Positions 9,924 to 19,237 of a stretch of DNA of 40,443 nt are shown one piece after another. Each line of letters starts with the position of its first letter. The stretch's first letter is position 1. The notes beneath the pieces were generated by a model that saw nothing but the letters and a program-made list of their open reading frames with translations, made no database searches and was not told the origin of the DNA. Both the position numbers and the translations under genes were made by a program. Source of the stretch: a virus; IMG/VR virus record IMGVR_UViG_3300028841_000327. One strand, 5' to 3'.

Positions 9924-10189
9924 GGGGTCACCTTGGGGTTGACGGAGGTTGCGGACGAAGCGGCCGCCTTCGCGGCCTCCGCGTCCTCGAGTTGCTTGCG
10001 CGCGGCCTTGAGCCGCAGCTCGATGCGCGCGTTCTCCTCGGCGAGTTCCTTGTTCAGCGCATCGAGGTGGGAGGCGAAACGATCGATCCTACTCTGGACG
10101 TAGAAGGTGGCGAGCAGGACGGTGACGATCGTAACGATGCCCACGACCTGGATGGCCCGGAGAAACGTTCGCTGGTCTTGGCTCACCAT
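9920..10189 (-). CDS. Small single-TM coiled-coil protein (89 aa)
   Basis: Hydrophobic AIQVVGIVTIVTVLLATFYV followed by heptad-rich helix. Confidence 0.55.
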   Translation of the reverse strand: MVSQDQRTFLRAIQVVGIVTIVTVLLATFYVQSRIDRFASHLDALNKELAEENARIELRLKAARKQLEDAEAAKAAASSATSVNPKVTP

Positions 10190-10235
10190 CGCCCCACCCT
10201 CGCCCCGATGATGGAGGCATCGAGCACCATGGCGG

Positions 10236-10490
10236 TCACCCGGTCCCCTCCGCGCCCTTGCCGAGCGCGTCGATGGCCTTGCCGATCTCGAGGCTGCCGT
10301 CGGTCGCCCGCAGGTAGGCCTGGTGGGCGAGCACCTCGCGCCCGTCCTTGTGTCGGACGACCACGTAGCTGCCGTGGGCGATCGCGGTGCGGTCCTGCTT
10401 GTCAGGGCGCCGCTGGTCGAGCGTCTTGACGTCCTCCAAGGTGCCCATCCGGACGATGGTCACCTCTCCACCGAATCGGTCGTAGATCAT
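10236..10490 (-). CDS. Hypothetical protein (84 aa)
   Basis: GAGGA RBS, co-oriented. Confidence 0.6.
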   Translation of the reverse strand: MIYDRFGGEVTIVRMGTLEDVKTLDQRRPDKQDRTAIAHGSYVVVRHKDGREVLAHQAYLRATDGSLEIGKAIDALGKGAEGTG

Positions 10491-10517
10491 GGTCCGTCCT
10501 CGCGTCCTTCTAGGCGG

Positions 10518-13500
10518 TCAGCCCGTGAGCCTCACGCTCGAGTCCTTCGTCGCGCCGAGCCTTTTCGGACGCGAGGCGCCACCTTCGAGCGCCTCGTTGT
10601 CCGTGAGCATGGCGTAGAGCTGCTTGCCGATGGAGAGGCCGACGAGGTAGCTGTCCTCGGCGACCCCGGCGGCTTGGAGGGCGGACTCGGGGTCGAGGCC
10701 GTCCGTCGCGACCGAGACGGCGACCTTCCGCATGAGGAGGTCGAGCGCCTGGGTCTGGATGGTGTTCGCGTACTTGGGGACGTAGATGGACGTCGGCTTG
10801 GTCTGCCCGATGCGGTCGACCCGGCCGATGGCCTGGCGGAACGTCAGCGGGTTGCACGCCGGGTTCTGCATCCACACCTCGGTCGAGAAGTGGACCAGGT
10901 TGTTGAGCCCCGTCTGCACCGTCACCGGGTTGGCCACGAGCACCCGCGACTTCTTGGCGATGACCTCCTTGTTGATCCAGTCCTGCCGCTTGGCGGTCGA
11001 GACCTTGTCGGCGTGGAGGATGGGGACCCGCTCGCCGATGCGTTCGGCGATGATCCGCGCGAGCCGGGGCATCAGCTTGGTGTGCCAGCCGAAGACCAGC
11101 ACGTTGCGCCCCGCCTCGAGCTCGGCCTCCACGAGGTCGAGCATCCACTGCTCCTTCGGCAGGATTGTGTTCGCGGGCAGCAGGGGCACCGAGGCCACGA
11201 TCCCACCGTCCTTCACGGTCGGCGGGTACTCGATGGCGAACTGGTCGCCGTGGTCGTTGCCGACGTCGATGGTCGCCCGATCGAGGTAGGAGGGCAGCTC
11301 GGCCAGCTGCCCCCACAGCTTGCCCGCCAAGTCCTTCTTGAAGCGGTCGGAGCGGATCTGGGCGAGCAGCTTGTTGCGCAGCGCCTGGTAGTGCTGGAAC
11401 AGTTCCCCCTCCGCCTTGAGGTCGACGTTGCGCTGCTCGCACTTGGGCAGCTCGATCGAGAGGTCGGACTTGTGGAGGGTGACCGACATGGGGAGCAGGT
11501 GGGTCATGAGGAAGAGCGGCAGCACCCCGGGGGCGTTGCCGAGGATCCGGTGGTTGCGCTCGACGCGGTCGGTCACGGAGCCGAAGGCGATGATCTCCCC
11601 GTCCTGCTTCTCCTCGACGAGGCGCTTGCGGAAGCCGTAGCGCTCGACGAACAGCGACCGGTGCTCCCGGAGGAACTCCCCACGGAAGCGGCGGCTGATG
11701 GCCCAGAAGTTGGAGAACAAGCTCTCGGCGTAGCCGTTCATGATGGTGCCGGTCATCAGGATGGTCGGCAGCCCCATGTTGGTCAGGCGGTGGGCCGAGC
11801 GCTCTTGGGCGCTCCCGTCGGTCGCGTACTCGTGCCCCTCGTCGACGATGAGGAAGTCGAAGAGCTTGCGGTGACGGCGGGAGATGAGCCGGGCGAGCGG
11901 CAGGCGGACGGGGTCGGCGACGCCCTGGTAGAGCGGCTCGTCGCAGACCGGGGAGTGCTTGAAGCGCGCGAGGGTGCAGGCGGCACGGAACGCCCGGAGC
12001 GCCATGGCTGCGGTGCCGGGGGCGTCGTCCTCGATCTTGGTCACCCCGCCCCGGTGCGAGGGGCTGAGGGTGAACGACCAGTCGGGCAGCTTGTTGCCCT
12101 TGTCGACCTCGGCGAGGTGGTCGCGGAGCTTCGCGACGGGGTTGCCGTAGCTGTCGTACCAGCGGCCGGCCATCTGGACCCTCTTCTCGGCGACCAGCTT
12201 CTCGAAGACCACGAGCGCTTGGTCGCGCTCGGCCCCCGGGGGGAGCAGCAGCAGGCACTGGGCGGCGGGGCCCGTGTCCATGCCGTACTCCTTGAGCCCG
12301 AGGTGGTGGATGGTCTCGACGATCAGCCGAGGGTTGGCGAGCGCGAGGAGCGACAGGCAGAGGGCCCGCACCGCCTTCTTCGTCACCTCGGGGATCGTGG
12401 ACTCCACCTCGTTGCGCAGGAGCCGGGTGCACTCGAAGATGATGTGGTGGAAGGGGCTGGACCGGTCGGCGACGATCGGCAGGCCCGACCAGCCCGTGGG
12501 CACGGTCCAAGCGGGCTTGCGCTTCCGCTTCTCGTTGCGCATCAGGTAGGCGTCGCCCCGGGTCTGGGCCATGCGGCCGTCGAGCAGCGCCGCGACGTTG
12601 GGATCCGCCGGGTAGTGGGGCTGCAACCGGATCGCGAGCTCCACGACCGACTCGGCGAGCCGGTCCTTGGGGTGCCGCGTCTGCGCCTTGCAGCGGGCCC
12701 GCGTCTTGGCGAAGTCGCCCCCGTGGAGGGGAGCCCCGCACTTGGGGCACCCGCTGCCCTGGACACCCACGTAGGCGTGCCCGAGCTTGGCGGCCTCACG
12801 GGAGAGCAGGCCGACCACGGGGCGCTCCGGGGCGGCCTTGACGGCCTTGGCGAGGCGCTCGAGGTCGAGCACGTCTCGGAGGACGTGGACGTCGACATCG
12901 GGGGCGATGGCCTCGAACTGTTCCTGCCACGAGGCGAGGAGGTGCGGGGGGCAGAGGATGAGGAGCCGCTTGGCGCCGAGGCTCCGGGCGGCGACGACCG
13001 ACACGGTGCTCTTGCCCGATCCGATCTCGCCGAGCAGGATGGCGGCCCGGTCGGGCTGTGCGAGCAGGCGCACGAGGGCGCGGGCGGCGTGGGCCTGGGC
13101 GGCGAAGAGCTTGCGGGGGGAGGGGTGGAGGGTGACGGCGTTCGCGTGGTAGCGCGGGTCGTAGAGCACCGGGCACTGCTGCTCCATGACGCGCATCAGC
13201 GAGGTCGAGTAGTGGGACAGGAGGTCGGCCGCGGTCATCTCGCAGACGGCGACCTTGCCCGGGGTGATGTCGGTGCCGGCCTTGAGGGTGTGGTAGGCGT
13301 AGGTCGAGAGGTCGAGGACGGTGGTGACCATCTTCGGCTGCTGCACCTGCACCTCGCCGACGACCTCGCCGTCCCTGTTGACCTTCTCCTCGATGGTCCG
13401 GTATTCGCGGTCGAAGACACCCTTGACCAAGAGCGGGGGGAGGTGGGAGCCCGGGTTGGGCTCGACGCGCGCCCCGTTGAAGATCCCGGAGGCCATCCCG

Positions 13501-14396
13501 GCCGCGATGTGGGCGGGGCGGGGCGGCACGGCGACGGGATAGACCCGGCGCATGAGGTCGACGGGGGCGACGCTCGGGACGAAGGCCTCGAGATCCTGGG
13601 CGGCCCCGGCCTTGTTGGTGATCGACCAGGGGCGGAGCTTGGCGAGGAGCGCCTTGGTGTCGACGTGGTCGATCTCGAGGTCAGAACTCCTGCTGTAGAG
13701 CGAGGACGGGCTCAAGGCAGGGACCGCGGTGCGCGTGCGGCACGCATCGCCGAGGACGGGAAGGGAAGCGGGGTCCAACGCCCAGGTCCGCACGAGGAGG
13801 GCGACCGAGCTGTCGGGCGCGAGCGGCTCGTCGACGACGCGCTTGGCGACGAGGACGACCTGACGGTAGGCCTTGAAGTCGTCGTCCGGGAACCGAAAGC
13901 ACCGGAGGTCGGTGTAGCTGCGGGCGAGGGTCTCGGCCGAGGCGGCGAGCGCGTAGTGGGGGACGACGAAGACGAGGACGCCGCCGCTGGCGAGCGAGTC
14001 GGTGAAGCGGGCGAGGAACCGTTCCTCGAGCCGCTCGTGCTCCCGGTCGAGGTCGTAGGGCGGGTTCAGGTACAGGAGCGAGGCGAAGGGCTTGGTCCAG
14101 CGGGCGCGGAAGGCGTCGGCGTGGTGCGCGTTGCCCACGGTGCGCGTGAGTGCGGTGAAGCGCGACTCCTCCATCTCGATGGCGACCCACTTGGGGGCCT
14201 TGGCGCCGAGGCGCTTGGTGAGCTCGACGAGGGCGGCGCCGTCCCCGGCGCACGGGTCGAACGCCACGACGCGGGGGCGAGAGTAGTTCTCGGCCTCCCG
14301 TTCCTCGGGCGGCACGAGCAGCTGCGCGATGAGGGGGATCAGGTGCGGCGGCGTCGGGTAGTACCCGGCGACGGCGACGCTCTCGAGACGAGCCAT
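10518..14396 (-). CDS. Amino (N6A/N4C) DNA methyltransferase (DUF6094-like) fused to SF2 SNF2/DEAH-type helicase (1292 aa)
   Basis: MTase: AGYYPTP, FDPCAGDG, LYLNPPYD; helicase: GEIGSGKS, ILCPPHL, LIVDEGHE, MTGT, TGLNNL, QAIGRVDRIGQ; GAAAGG RBS. Confidence 0.85.
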   Translation of the reverse strand: MARLESVAVAGYYPTPPHLIPLIAQLLVPPEEREAENYSRPRVVAFDPCAGDGAALVELTKRLGAKAPKWVAIEMEESRFTALTRTVGNAHHADAFRARWTKPFASLLYLNPPYDLDREHERLEERFLARFTDSLASGGVLVFVVPHYALAASAETLARSYTDLRCFRFPDDDFKAYRQVVLVAKRVVDEPLAPDSSVALLVRTWALDPASLPVLGDACRTRTAVPALSPSSLYSRSSDLEIDHVDTKALLAKLRPWSITNKAGAAQDLEAFVPSVAPVDLMRRVYPVAVPPRPAHIAAGMASGIFNGARVEPNPGSHLPPLLVKGVFDREYRTIEEKVNRDGEVVGEVQVQQPKMVTTVLDLSTYAYHTLKAGTDITPGKVAVCEMTAADLLSHYSTSLMRVMEQQCPVLYDPRYHANAVTLHPSPRKLFAAQAHAARALVRLLAQPDRAAILLGEIGSGKSTVSVVAARSLGAKRLLILCPPHLLASWQEQFEAIAPDVDVHVLRDVLDLERLAKAVKAAPERPVVGLLSREAAKLGHAYVGVQGSGCPKCGAPLHGGDFAKTRARCKAQTRHPKDRLAESVVELAIRLQPHYPADPNVAALLDGRMAQTRGDAYLMRNEKRKRKPAWTVPTGWSGLPIVADRSSPFHHIIFECTRLLRNEVESTIPEVTKKAVRALCLSLLALANPRLIVETIHHLGLKEYGMDTGPAAQCLLLLPPGAERDQALVVFEKLVAEKRVQMAGRWYDSYGNPVAKLRDHLAEVDKGNKLPDWSFTLSPSHRGGVTKIEDDAPGTAAMALRAFRAACTLARFKHSPVCDEPLYQGVADPVRLPLARLISRRHRKLFDFLIVDEGHEYATDGSAQERSAHRLTNMGLPTILMTGTIMNGYAESLFSNFWAISRRFRGEFLREHRSLFVERYGFRKRLVEEKQDGEIIAFGSVTDRVERNHRILGNAPGVLPLFLMTHLLPMSVTLHKSDLSIELPKCEQRNVDLKAEGELFQHYQALRNKLLAQIRSDRFKKDLAGKLWGQLAELPSYLDRATIDVGNDHGDQFAIEYPPTVKDGGIVASVPLLPANTILPKEQWMLDLVEAELEAGRNVLVFGWHTKLMPRLARIIAERIGERVPILHADKVSTAKRQDWINKEVIAKKSRVLVANPVTVQTGLNNLVHFSTEVWMQNPACNPLTFRQAIGRVDRIGQTKPTSIYVPKYANTIQTQALDLLMRKVAVSVATDGLDPESALQAAGVAEDSYLVGLSIGKQLYAMLTDNEALEGGASRPKRLGATKDSSVRLTG

Positions 14397-14429
14397 GGTG
14401 GTCGGGTCCTTTCGGGGGTTGGGGGTGGA

Positions 14430-14939
14430 CTACTTCTTCTTGTAGAGATCGGCGGCTCGGTTGCCCGTCGCCGCGGCGGCCGCGTTCACCCGCTTGCCAG
14501 CCAAGGTGGCGCGGCGGACCTTGCGGCCGTGCTCGCGCTTCGCCTCGATGACAGCGCGCTTCGTGGCGACCACGTGCTTCTGCTGCATCGCCGCGAGGAG
14601 CGGGGCCATGTTGCAGCCGATGTCGGCGAAGAGGAGCATCGTCTGGCCAACCGTCAGCTCGAGCCCTGCCGCCACCTCGCGGATGCGCTGAACGTCATCG
14701 CGGGTCGCGAAGAACTTGATGTGGGCCAGTTCAAAGGACTCGGCCTTCTCGGGCGTGCCGGACAACGGGAAGATCGAGTTCGACGGCTTCGTGCTCCGCG
14801 CCGTCCGGTCGCGCTCCAGCAGACCGTGCACGCGGCCGCCGCAGCGGAGGCACATGGCGGGGGCGCTGTCGCACGCGGCTATGTGCGTCGGGCCCAGCGT
14901 GCGGTCGCACATGAAGCACGTCGGCTTCTTGGCGGTCAC
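14430..14939 (-). CDS. Zn-finger-containing hypothetical protein (169 aa, GTG start)
   Basis: CFMC...CLRC at N-terminus; GTGA coupling. Confidence 0.5.
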   Translation of the reverse strand: MTAKKPTCFMCDRTLGPTHIAACDSAPAMCLRCGGRVHGLLERDRTARSTKPSNSIFPLSGTPEKAESFELAHIKFFATRDDVQRIREVAAGLELTVGQTMLLFADIGCNMAPLLAAMQQKHVVATKRAVIEAKREHGRKVRRATLAGKRVNAAAAATGNRAADLYKKK

Positions 14940-15259
14940 GACCCGCTCCCCCGCTTCGCGCGCCCGGCCTCGTCGCGCAGGTGACGCACGACCTTCGGCG
15001 CGGGCTCGTCGAGACCGAAGGTGCGCATGACGGCCTCGCGCTCGGCCTTGAGCGGCGCTGCGTTCGGGTGGCGCGACGGCGCGACCTCGCGCGCGGCGCT
15101 GAGCACGGTGACGAGCGCGTTGCGGATCGCGTTCGTGTTGACCGGGGTCGTCGTGCACGCGGCCTCGACGTGGGCGTGAAGGACGTGGGTGAGGCGGCTG
15201 TGCTCCGAGCGACGGATGGCGCGGAGGTTGCGACGATGGCGGCGGGCACGAGGGTTCAT
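14936..15259 (-). CDS. Basic hypothetical protein (107 aa)
   Basis: ATGA coupling. Confidence 0.5.
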   Translation of the reverse strand: MNPRARRHRRNLRAIRRSEHSRLTHVLHAHVEAACTTTPVNTNAIRNALVTVLSAAREVAPSRHPNAAPLKAEREAVMRTFGLDEPAPKVVRHLRDEAGRAKRGSGS

Positions 15260-15741
15260 GAGGAGAGGCCTTCCTGGTCGAGCGGGTTCTTGGTGTGCGG
15301 TGGGAGGAGCAGTTCTCGCCGACGCTTCATGTTGGCGTAGGCCTCGGCCGCACCTCGATCAGCGTGGTCGACGAGGTCGCGGTGGACCTTGTCGATGTGC
15401 CGCGCTGCGTAGCGTTTGGCGATGTAGGCGGCGACGCCGCAGAGGCAGAAGACAAAGGTGATGTTCATGACGATGCCCATGCCGATGCCGAACCGTTGGC
15501 GCATGAAGTCGCTGGAGAAGATTGCGACGGCCACGGCTACGATGGTCATAGAGAGGGGCGTGTAGGCCTTGTTGCGCAGGCACTCGGTGGCCTTGAGGCG
15601 AACCACCCAGCTGAGGTACGTGCGATTCGCGCGCTCGATCCCCTTGAGGTACTCCACCTCCGACTCGGCGATGATGAGGCGGCGCGACGACACGCTCAGG
15701 CCGTCGCTCAGGCTCGCGGCCAGGTCTTCGTCTAGGCTCAC
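15256..15741 (-). CDS. Two-TM membrane protein (161 aa)
   Basis: Hydrophobic LSMTIVAVAVAIFSS and IGMGIVMNITFVFCLCGVAAYIA segments. Confidence 0.6.
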   Translation of the reverse strand: MSLDEDLAASLSDGLSVSSRRLIIAESEVEYLKGIERANRTYLSWVVRLKATECLRNKAYTPLSMTIVAVAVAIFSSDFMRQRFGIGMGIVMNITFVFCLCGVAAYIAKRYAARHIDKVHRDLVDHADRGAAEAYANMKRRRELLLPPHTKNPLDQEGLSS

Positions 15742-15809
15742 GGCCGCTTCTCACGCTTCGCGGAGTAGGGCCAGTACAGGATGCGGAAGAACACGTTCCA
15801 GAACAGCAT
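15738..15809 (-). CDS. Small aromatic-rich peptide MLFWNVFFRILYWPYSAKREKRP (23 aa)
   Basis: AAGGAGG RBS 5 nt before ATG; stop overlaps next GTG start; below ORF-track cutoff. Confidence 0.5.
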   Translation of the reverse strand: MLFWNVFFRILYWPYSAKREKRP

Positions 15810-15822
15810 GGGGGCCTCCTTG

Positions 15823-15842
15823 TGCGCTAACGCATGTTAGCA
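15823..15842. promoter_or_regulatory. 20-bp palindromic operator, copy 1 (GCTAAC-N4-GTTAGC)
   Basis: Reverse complement TGCTAACATGCGTTAGCGCA is 18/20 identical to 21454-21473. Confidence 0.6.
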
Positions 15843-15859
15843 CATGGGTCGAACATGGG

Positions 15860-16732
15860 CTAGTGACGACGGGCGGGCGGTCGGCCGGGGGTGCCGGTCT
15901 TCTGGACGAAGACGGTGGTCTCGGCGGCCAGCAGGGTCTCGAACTCCTCATGCTTGGCCTTGAAGGCGATGGCGCCCCCGAAGCCAGCCTCTGTGGCGCC
16001 CTCGACCACGAACGAGTCGAACTCGGCGGCGTAGCCCAGCGGTCGATGGTCGTGGTACCCGTACCCGCTCGGGCGCTTGTCGCGCGCGAACCCGGCGAGT
16101 CCATCGCGCAGGCAGGCGAGCAACAGGTGCAGGTAGAACCGTCCGTCGGCGAGGATGGGGCAGCGGGTCCGCCGGTCGAGGAACGCGGCGAACAGGTACG
16201 AGAGCGGGGCGAGCCGCATCAGGTGGTCATCGGTCAGCTGGTCGAAGCCGATGCTGGTGACGTAGCGGACCATCATCCGGTAGGTGTCGCGCAGCTCGCT
16301 GGCCTCCGCGCGGTCTTCGGGCTCTTGGTGGAGCCAGGCTGCCCGCGGGAGGGTGACGAAGCGGATCGCGTCGGGGTCGACCATCCCCGGGTCGATGCGG
16401 AAGAGGTCGGGGATGCAGACCGTGGCGATGGCGCCCTCGGTCTCGCGCTGGGTGAACACCTGGTAGCCGCCCGACCGAAGGAACTCGACGCGGACCTTGT
16501 CGCGTCGGGAGCCACCATCGAACTCGGCCTTGCGGCCCAGCTGGAGGTTGGTGACGAACGGTCGGAGCTCGGCGTCGCCCGCCGCGAACACGGCGAGCAC
16601 GGGGCGCACGACGTCGCTGTTGGGCGCGAGCGGGGACAGGCAGTCGGCCTGCACCATCGCCAGGCACATCGCCCGGAAGGAGCGGCCCTTGCCTTCCTCC
16701 TTGGGGGCGATGGTGATGCCGCGGGGCTCCAT
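15860..16732 (-). CDS. Hypothetical protein (290 aa)
   Basis: Co-oriented, TGATG coupling, globular composition. Confidence 0.65.
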   Translation of the reverse strand: MEPRGITIAPKEEGKGRSFRAMCLAMVQADCLSPLAPNSDVVRPVLAVFAAGDAELRPFVTNLQLGRKAEFDGGSRRDKVRVEFLRSGGYQVFTQRETEGAIATVCIPDLFRIDPGMVDPDAIRFVTLPRAAWLHQEPEDRAEASELRDTYRMMVRYVTSIGFDQLTDDHLMRLAPLSYLFAAFLDRRTRCPILADGRFYLHLLLACLRDGLAGFARDKRPSGYGYHDHRPLGYAAEFDSFVVEGATEAGFGGAIAFKAKHEEFETLLAAETTVFVQKTGTPGRPPARRH

Positions 16733-16893
16733 CAGGAGACCCCCCGCGGCGGGACGTCGTTCCAGTCGACGAGCCACCGCGCGAGCAGCTCGAGCGCCTT
16801 GGATTCGGGAGCGACCCCCTGGTCGCTGAGGGTGACCTCGGCGTCGCCAGTGGGCTCGATGGGCTTGGTCTTACGGGTCCGCCTGCGGCGCAT
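16732..16893 (-). CDS. Hypothetical protein (53 aa)
   Basis: AGAAAGGAG RBS; MRRRRTRKTKP...; TGATG coupling. Confidence 0.5.
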   Translation of the reverse strand: MRRRRTRKTKPIEPTGDAEVTLSDQGVAPESKALELLARWLVDWNDVPPRGVS

Positions 16894-17014
16894 GATGCGC
16901 TCCTTTCTTGGTTGTCAGCGACTGTGGGAGTTCGGGCCGCTTGCGTTCGCCGTGGGCGATGAGCCAGACGAACGCCGTCAGCACCGCCGCGAAGAGGAGG
17001 ATGTCGAGCAGCAT
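16871..17014 (-). CDS. Small single-TM protein (47 aa)
   Basis: MLLDILLFAAVLTAFVWLIAHG...; TGATG coupling. Confidence 0.45.
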   Translation of the reverse strand: MLLDILLFAAVLTAFVWLIAHGERKRPELPQSLTTKKGAHHAPQADP

Positions 17015-17268
17015 CAGAGGACCTTGACGCTCTTGGTGATGATGCCGTCGCGGACGACGTCATCGGTCTCCGCGGGGCGCGTGCACCAAGTGCAGTGCTC
17101 GCGCGAGGCCAAGACGGTGTGCTTGCACACCTTCGGCCGATCGATGCCCCACCGTTCCATGAGGCCAGCGATCGAGTCGTTCGAGGCCCCGAGGGCCACG
17201 GCGTCCCGCACGGCGGCGATCAGTAGCGAAGCGTTCTTGCGGGTGATCTTGTTCTCGTTGCGGCTCAT
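17014..17268 (-). CDS. Hypothetical protein (84 aa)
   Basis: GAGG RBS; CxH...CxxC motif. Confidence 0.55.
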   Translation of the reverse strand: MSRNENKITRKNASLLIAAVRDAVALGASNDSIAGLMERWGIDRPKVCKHTVLASREHCTWCTRPAETDDVVRDGIITKSVKVL

Positions 17269-17276
17269 GGGACCTC

Positions 17277-18287
17277 TCACGCGGCCTTCGACCGCTTGGT
17301 CTTCGGTTTGGTGGACGCCACCGGCTTCGCGACGGGCGCGGGGCCGACCCGCACGAGGTCAACGGCCCCCGTGAGGGCACGCTGGGCCACGTTGGCGTTG
17401 CTCTGGCACAGGAAGCGGATGTGCCCCTTGCGGGTGGGGGCGTCGCTCCAGTGGAGGGTCAGGGCCGCCTTGTAGACGGGGGGCAGGCGGCGGACGGGGC
17501 CGTAGAGCGGGCGCATGTCGCGGGCCCGCACGGTCAGCCCCGCCCGCTGCTCGAGCTGCTCGGGCTCGTACTCCTCCCAGTCGGCCTCGTCGACGACGTC
17601 GGCGCGCTCTTGGAAGGGGAGGCTGGTCTTGGGGCGGACGATCTGCGCCTCTTGCACGACCTCCCAGGTCACCCGCCCCTTGAAGGTGGCGTCGACCCCG
17701 CAGGCCCGCATGTGGCTGCGCACGAGGCGCAGCGCGGCCACGACGTCGGTCCGGTGCAGCACGAGCACCGGGTCCATGGGGGCGACGGCCTCACCGAAGT
17801 CGAGCGCGACGTCGGCGCAGCGCGCTTCCTCGAAGAGCTCGCCGAGGGCGACGATGGAGACGGCCACCTCGGGGGGCGGAGCGTCCAGGGTGCCCGGCTC
17901 GGGCTCGCGGACGATGACCCGCTGGACGATGCGCGGGGCGATGCAGGTGAGGCCCCACGTCGTGGCCTCGTGGCGCATCGTGGCCAGGTGGTCCTTGGTG
18001 GCGTCGCCGAGGAAGCGGGCGAACGTCCAGCGCTGCGCGCGGTCGAACGGGTCGAACGGTTCCCCGGCCTCCTCGGCCGCAGCGGAGGGGCAGAGCATGG
18101 CGTCGGGGGCGTGCTCGAGCGTCGCCCGGAACTGGCCCGGGGTCTTCGCGCAGAGGTCGGCCAGGGCCGCCTCGTGGTCCCTCAGAACCGCGCGGACGGC
18201 GTTGGGGCAGCCGTCCGGTCCGTTCATCGCGTGCTCGAGGGCGTCGACCGCCGCACGGGCGGCGTCGTAGCGGGCCGTGGGCGTCAT
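17277..18287 (-). CDS. Hypothetical protein (336 aa)
   Basis: GAAAGG RBS; co-oriented. Confidence 0.6.
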   Translation of the reverse strand: MTPTARYDAARAAVDALEHAMNGPDGCPNAVRAVLRDHEAALADLCAKTPGQFRATLEHAPDAMLCPSAAAEEAGEPFDPFDRAQRWTFARFLGDATKDHLATMRHEATTWGLTCIAPRIVQRVIVREPEPGTLDAPPPEVAVSIVALGELFEEARCADVALDFGEAVAPMDPVLVLHRTDVVAALRLVRSHMRACGVDATFKGRVTWEVVQEAQIVRPKTSLPFQERADVVDEADWEEYEPEQLEQRAGLTVRARDMRPLYGPVRRLPPVYKAALTLHWSDAPTRKGHIRFLCQSNANVAQRALTGAVDLVRVGPAPVAKPVASTKPKTKRSKAA

Positions 18288-18300
18288 GGTCTTGGTCCTT

Positions 18301-18711
18301 TCAGGCGGTCTTGCGATCGGCGCCCGGGGTGTAGTCGGCACCCTTGGACGAGATGCGGATGTAGTCGGTGAGGGTGATGTCCTGCGCACCGCGGACGTAG
18401 CCGATGACCTCGGCGCAGTAGAAGACGAGGTCGTAGCGCTCGGGGTTGGCGGCGACCTTCTCGCGCAGGGTGTCGGGCGTCGCGGCGTCGACCGCGGCGT
18501 TGAGGACGTCCTGCATGCGATGGGGGCTGAGGGTGGTCATCCCCCCGGTGCCGCTGTTCGAGAAGGTGCCGATGAGGAGACCAGCCTTGTCGAAGATCGA
18601 CCCCTGCCAGTAGGGGGTCTCCTCGCCACGGCCCCGCTGCTCGAAGCGGATGCCGTACTCGCCGACGGGGATGATCTTGGCGCGGCTGTACCGCGGTGCG
18701 GGCTTCGGCAT
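18301..18711 (-). CDS. Hypothetical protein (136 aa)
   Basis: Co-oriented; GTFSNSGTGG motif. Confidence 0.6.
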   Translation of the reverse strand: MPKPAPRYSRAKIIPVGEYGIRFEQRGRGEETPYWQGSIFDKAGLLIGTFSNSGTGGMTTLSPHRMQDVLNAAVDAATPDTLREKVAANPERYDLVFYCAEVIGYVRGAQDITLTDYIRISSKGADYTPGADRKTA

Positions 18712-18714
18712 GGG

Positions 18715-18981
18715 TCAGTGCTCCTTCAGGTTCAGGTTCATGGCCTTCACGTAGGCCGCGAGGACATCGGGTGGCATCGTCTCGATCGCGACTTGCAGCG
18801 CCTCTTGCAGGTCACCAACCTCGTGGTCGGGCTCCCCGCTCTCGTCGGCGTGTTTGGCGGCGGCGTCGGTGATGGCCTCGTAGACGTCGAAGCCGACGAT
18901 CACTCGCGGTTTGACGTCGATGACATGGACTCCTGGCAACGACCGCAGTGCGGCCCGGACGCTGGCAGACACCTTCGGCAT
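18715..18981 (-). CDS. Hypothetical protein (88 aa)
   Basis: GAGGGG RBS; EPDHEVGDLQEAL motif. Confidence 0.55.
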   Translation of the reverse strand: MPKVSASVRAALRSLPGVHVIDVKPRVIVGFDVYEAITDAAAKHADESGEPDHEVGDLQEALQVAIETMPPDVLAAYVKAMNLNLKEH

Positions 18982-18992
18982 GAGCGCCCCCT

Positions 18993-19235
18993 CTACTTGG
19001 TGGGCCGCGCATCCCAGAACTGGATGACGCGCCGAACGGAGTCCGCGAGCTGGGCGGAGGTGAAGTCGCGTCCGGCGCGACCGGGGTGCAACTCGGCGAG
19101 CTTGCTGCTCGCGAACCCGATGTCGACGTCGTCGCGGCCGAAGAGGTGAAGGTGGCGGCGAGCGCCGTTGTGGAAGCCAGCCACCGCGCGAAGTGCGGCG
19201 ATCTCTGCGAGGGTGGGGATGGTGGTGAAGCCCAT
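18993..19235 (-). CDS. Hypothetical protein (80 aa)
   Basis: GGAGGAG RBS. Confidence 0.5.
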   Translation of the reverse strand: MGFTTIPTLAEIAALRAVAGFHNGARRHLHLFGRDDVDIGFASSKLAELHPGRAGRDFTSAQLADSVRRVIQFWDARPTK

Positions 19236-19237
19236 GG

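Noticed and set aside
10323-14984. 1553-aa plus-strand ORF and other long plus-strand ORFs (72-1673, 15569-17374, 22732-24783, 27623-29092, 33129-34883)
   Set aside because: Antisense shadows of motif-bearing or RBS-led minus-strand genes, expected in high-GC DNA; no recognisable motifs
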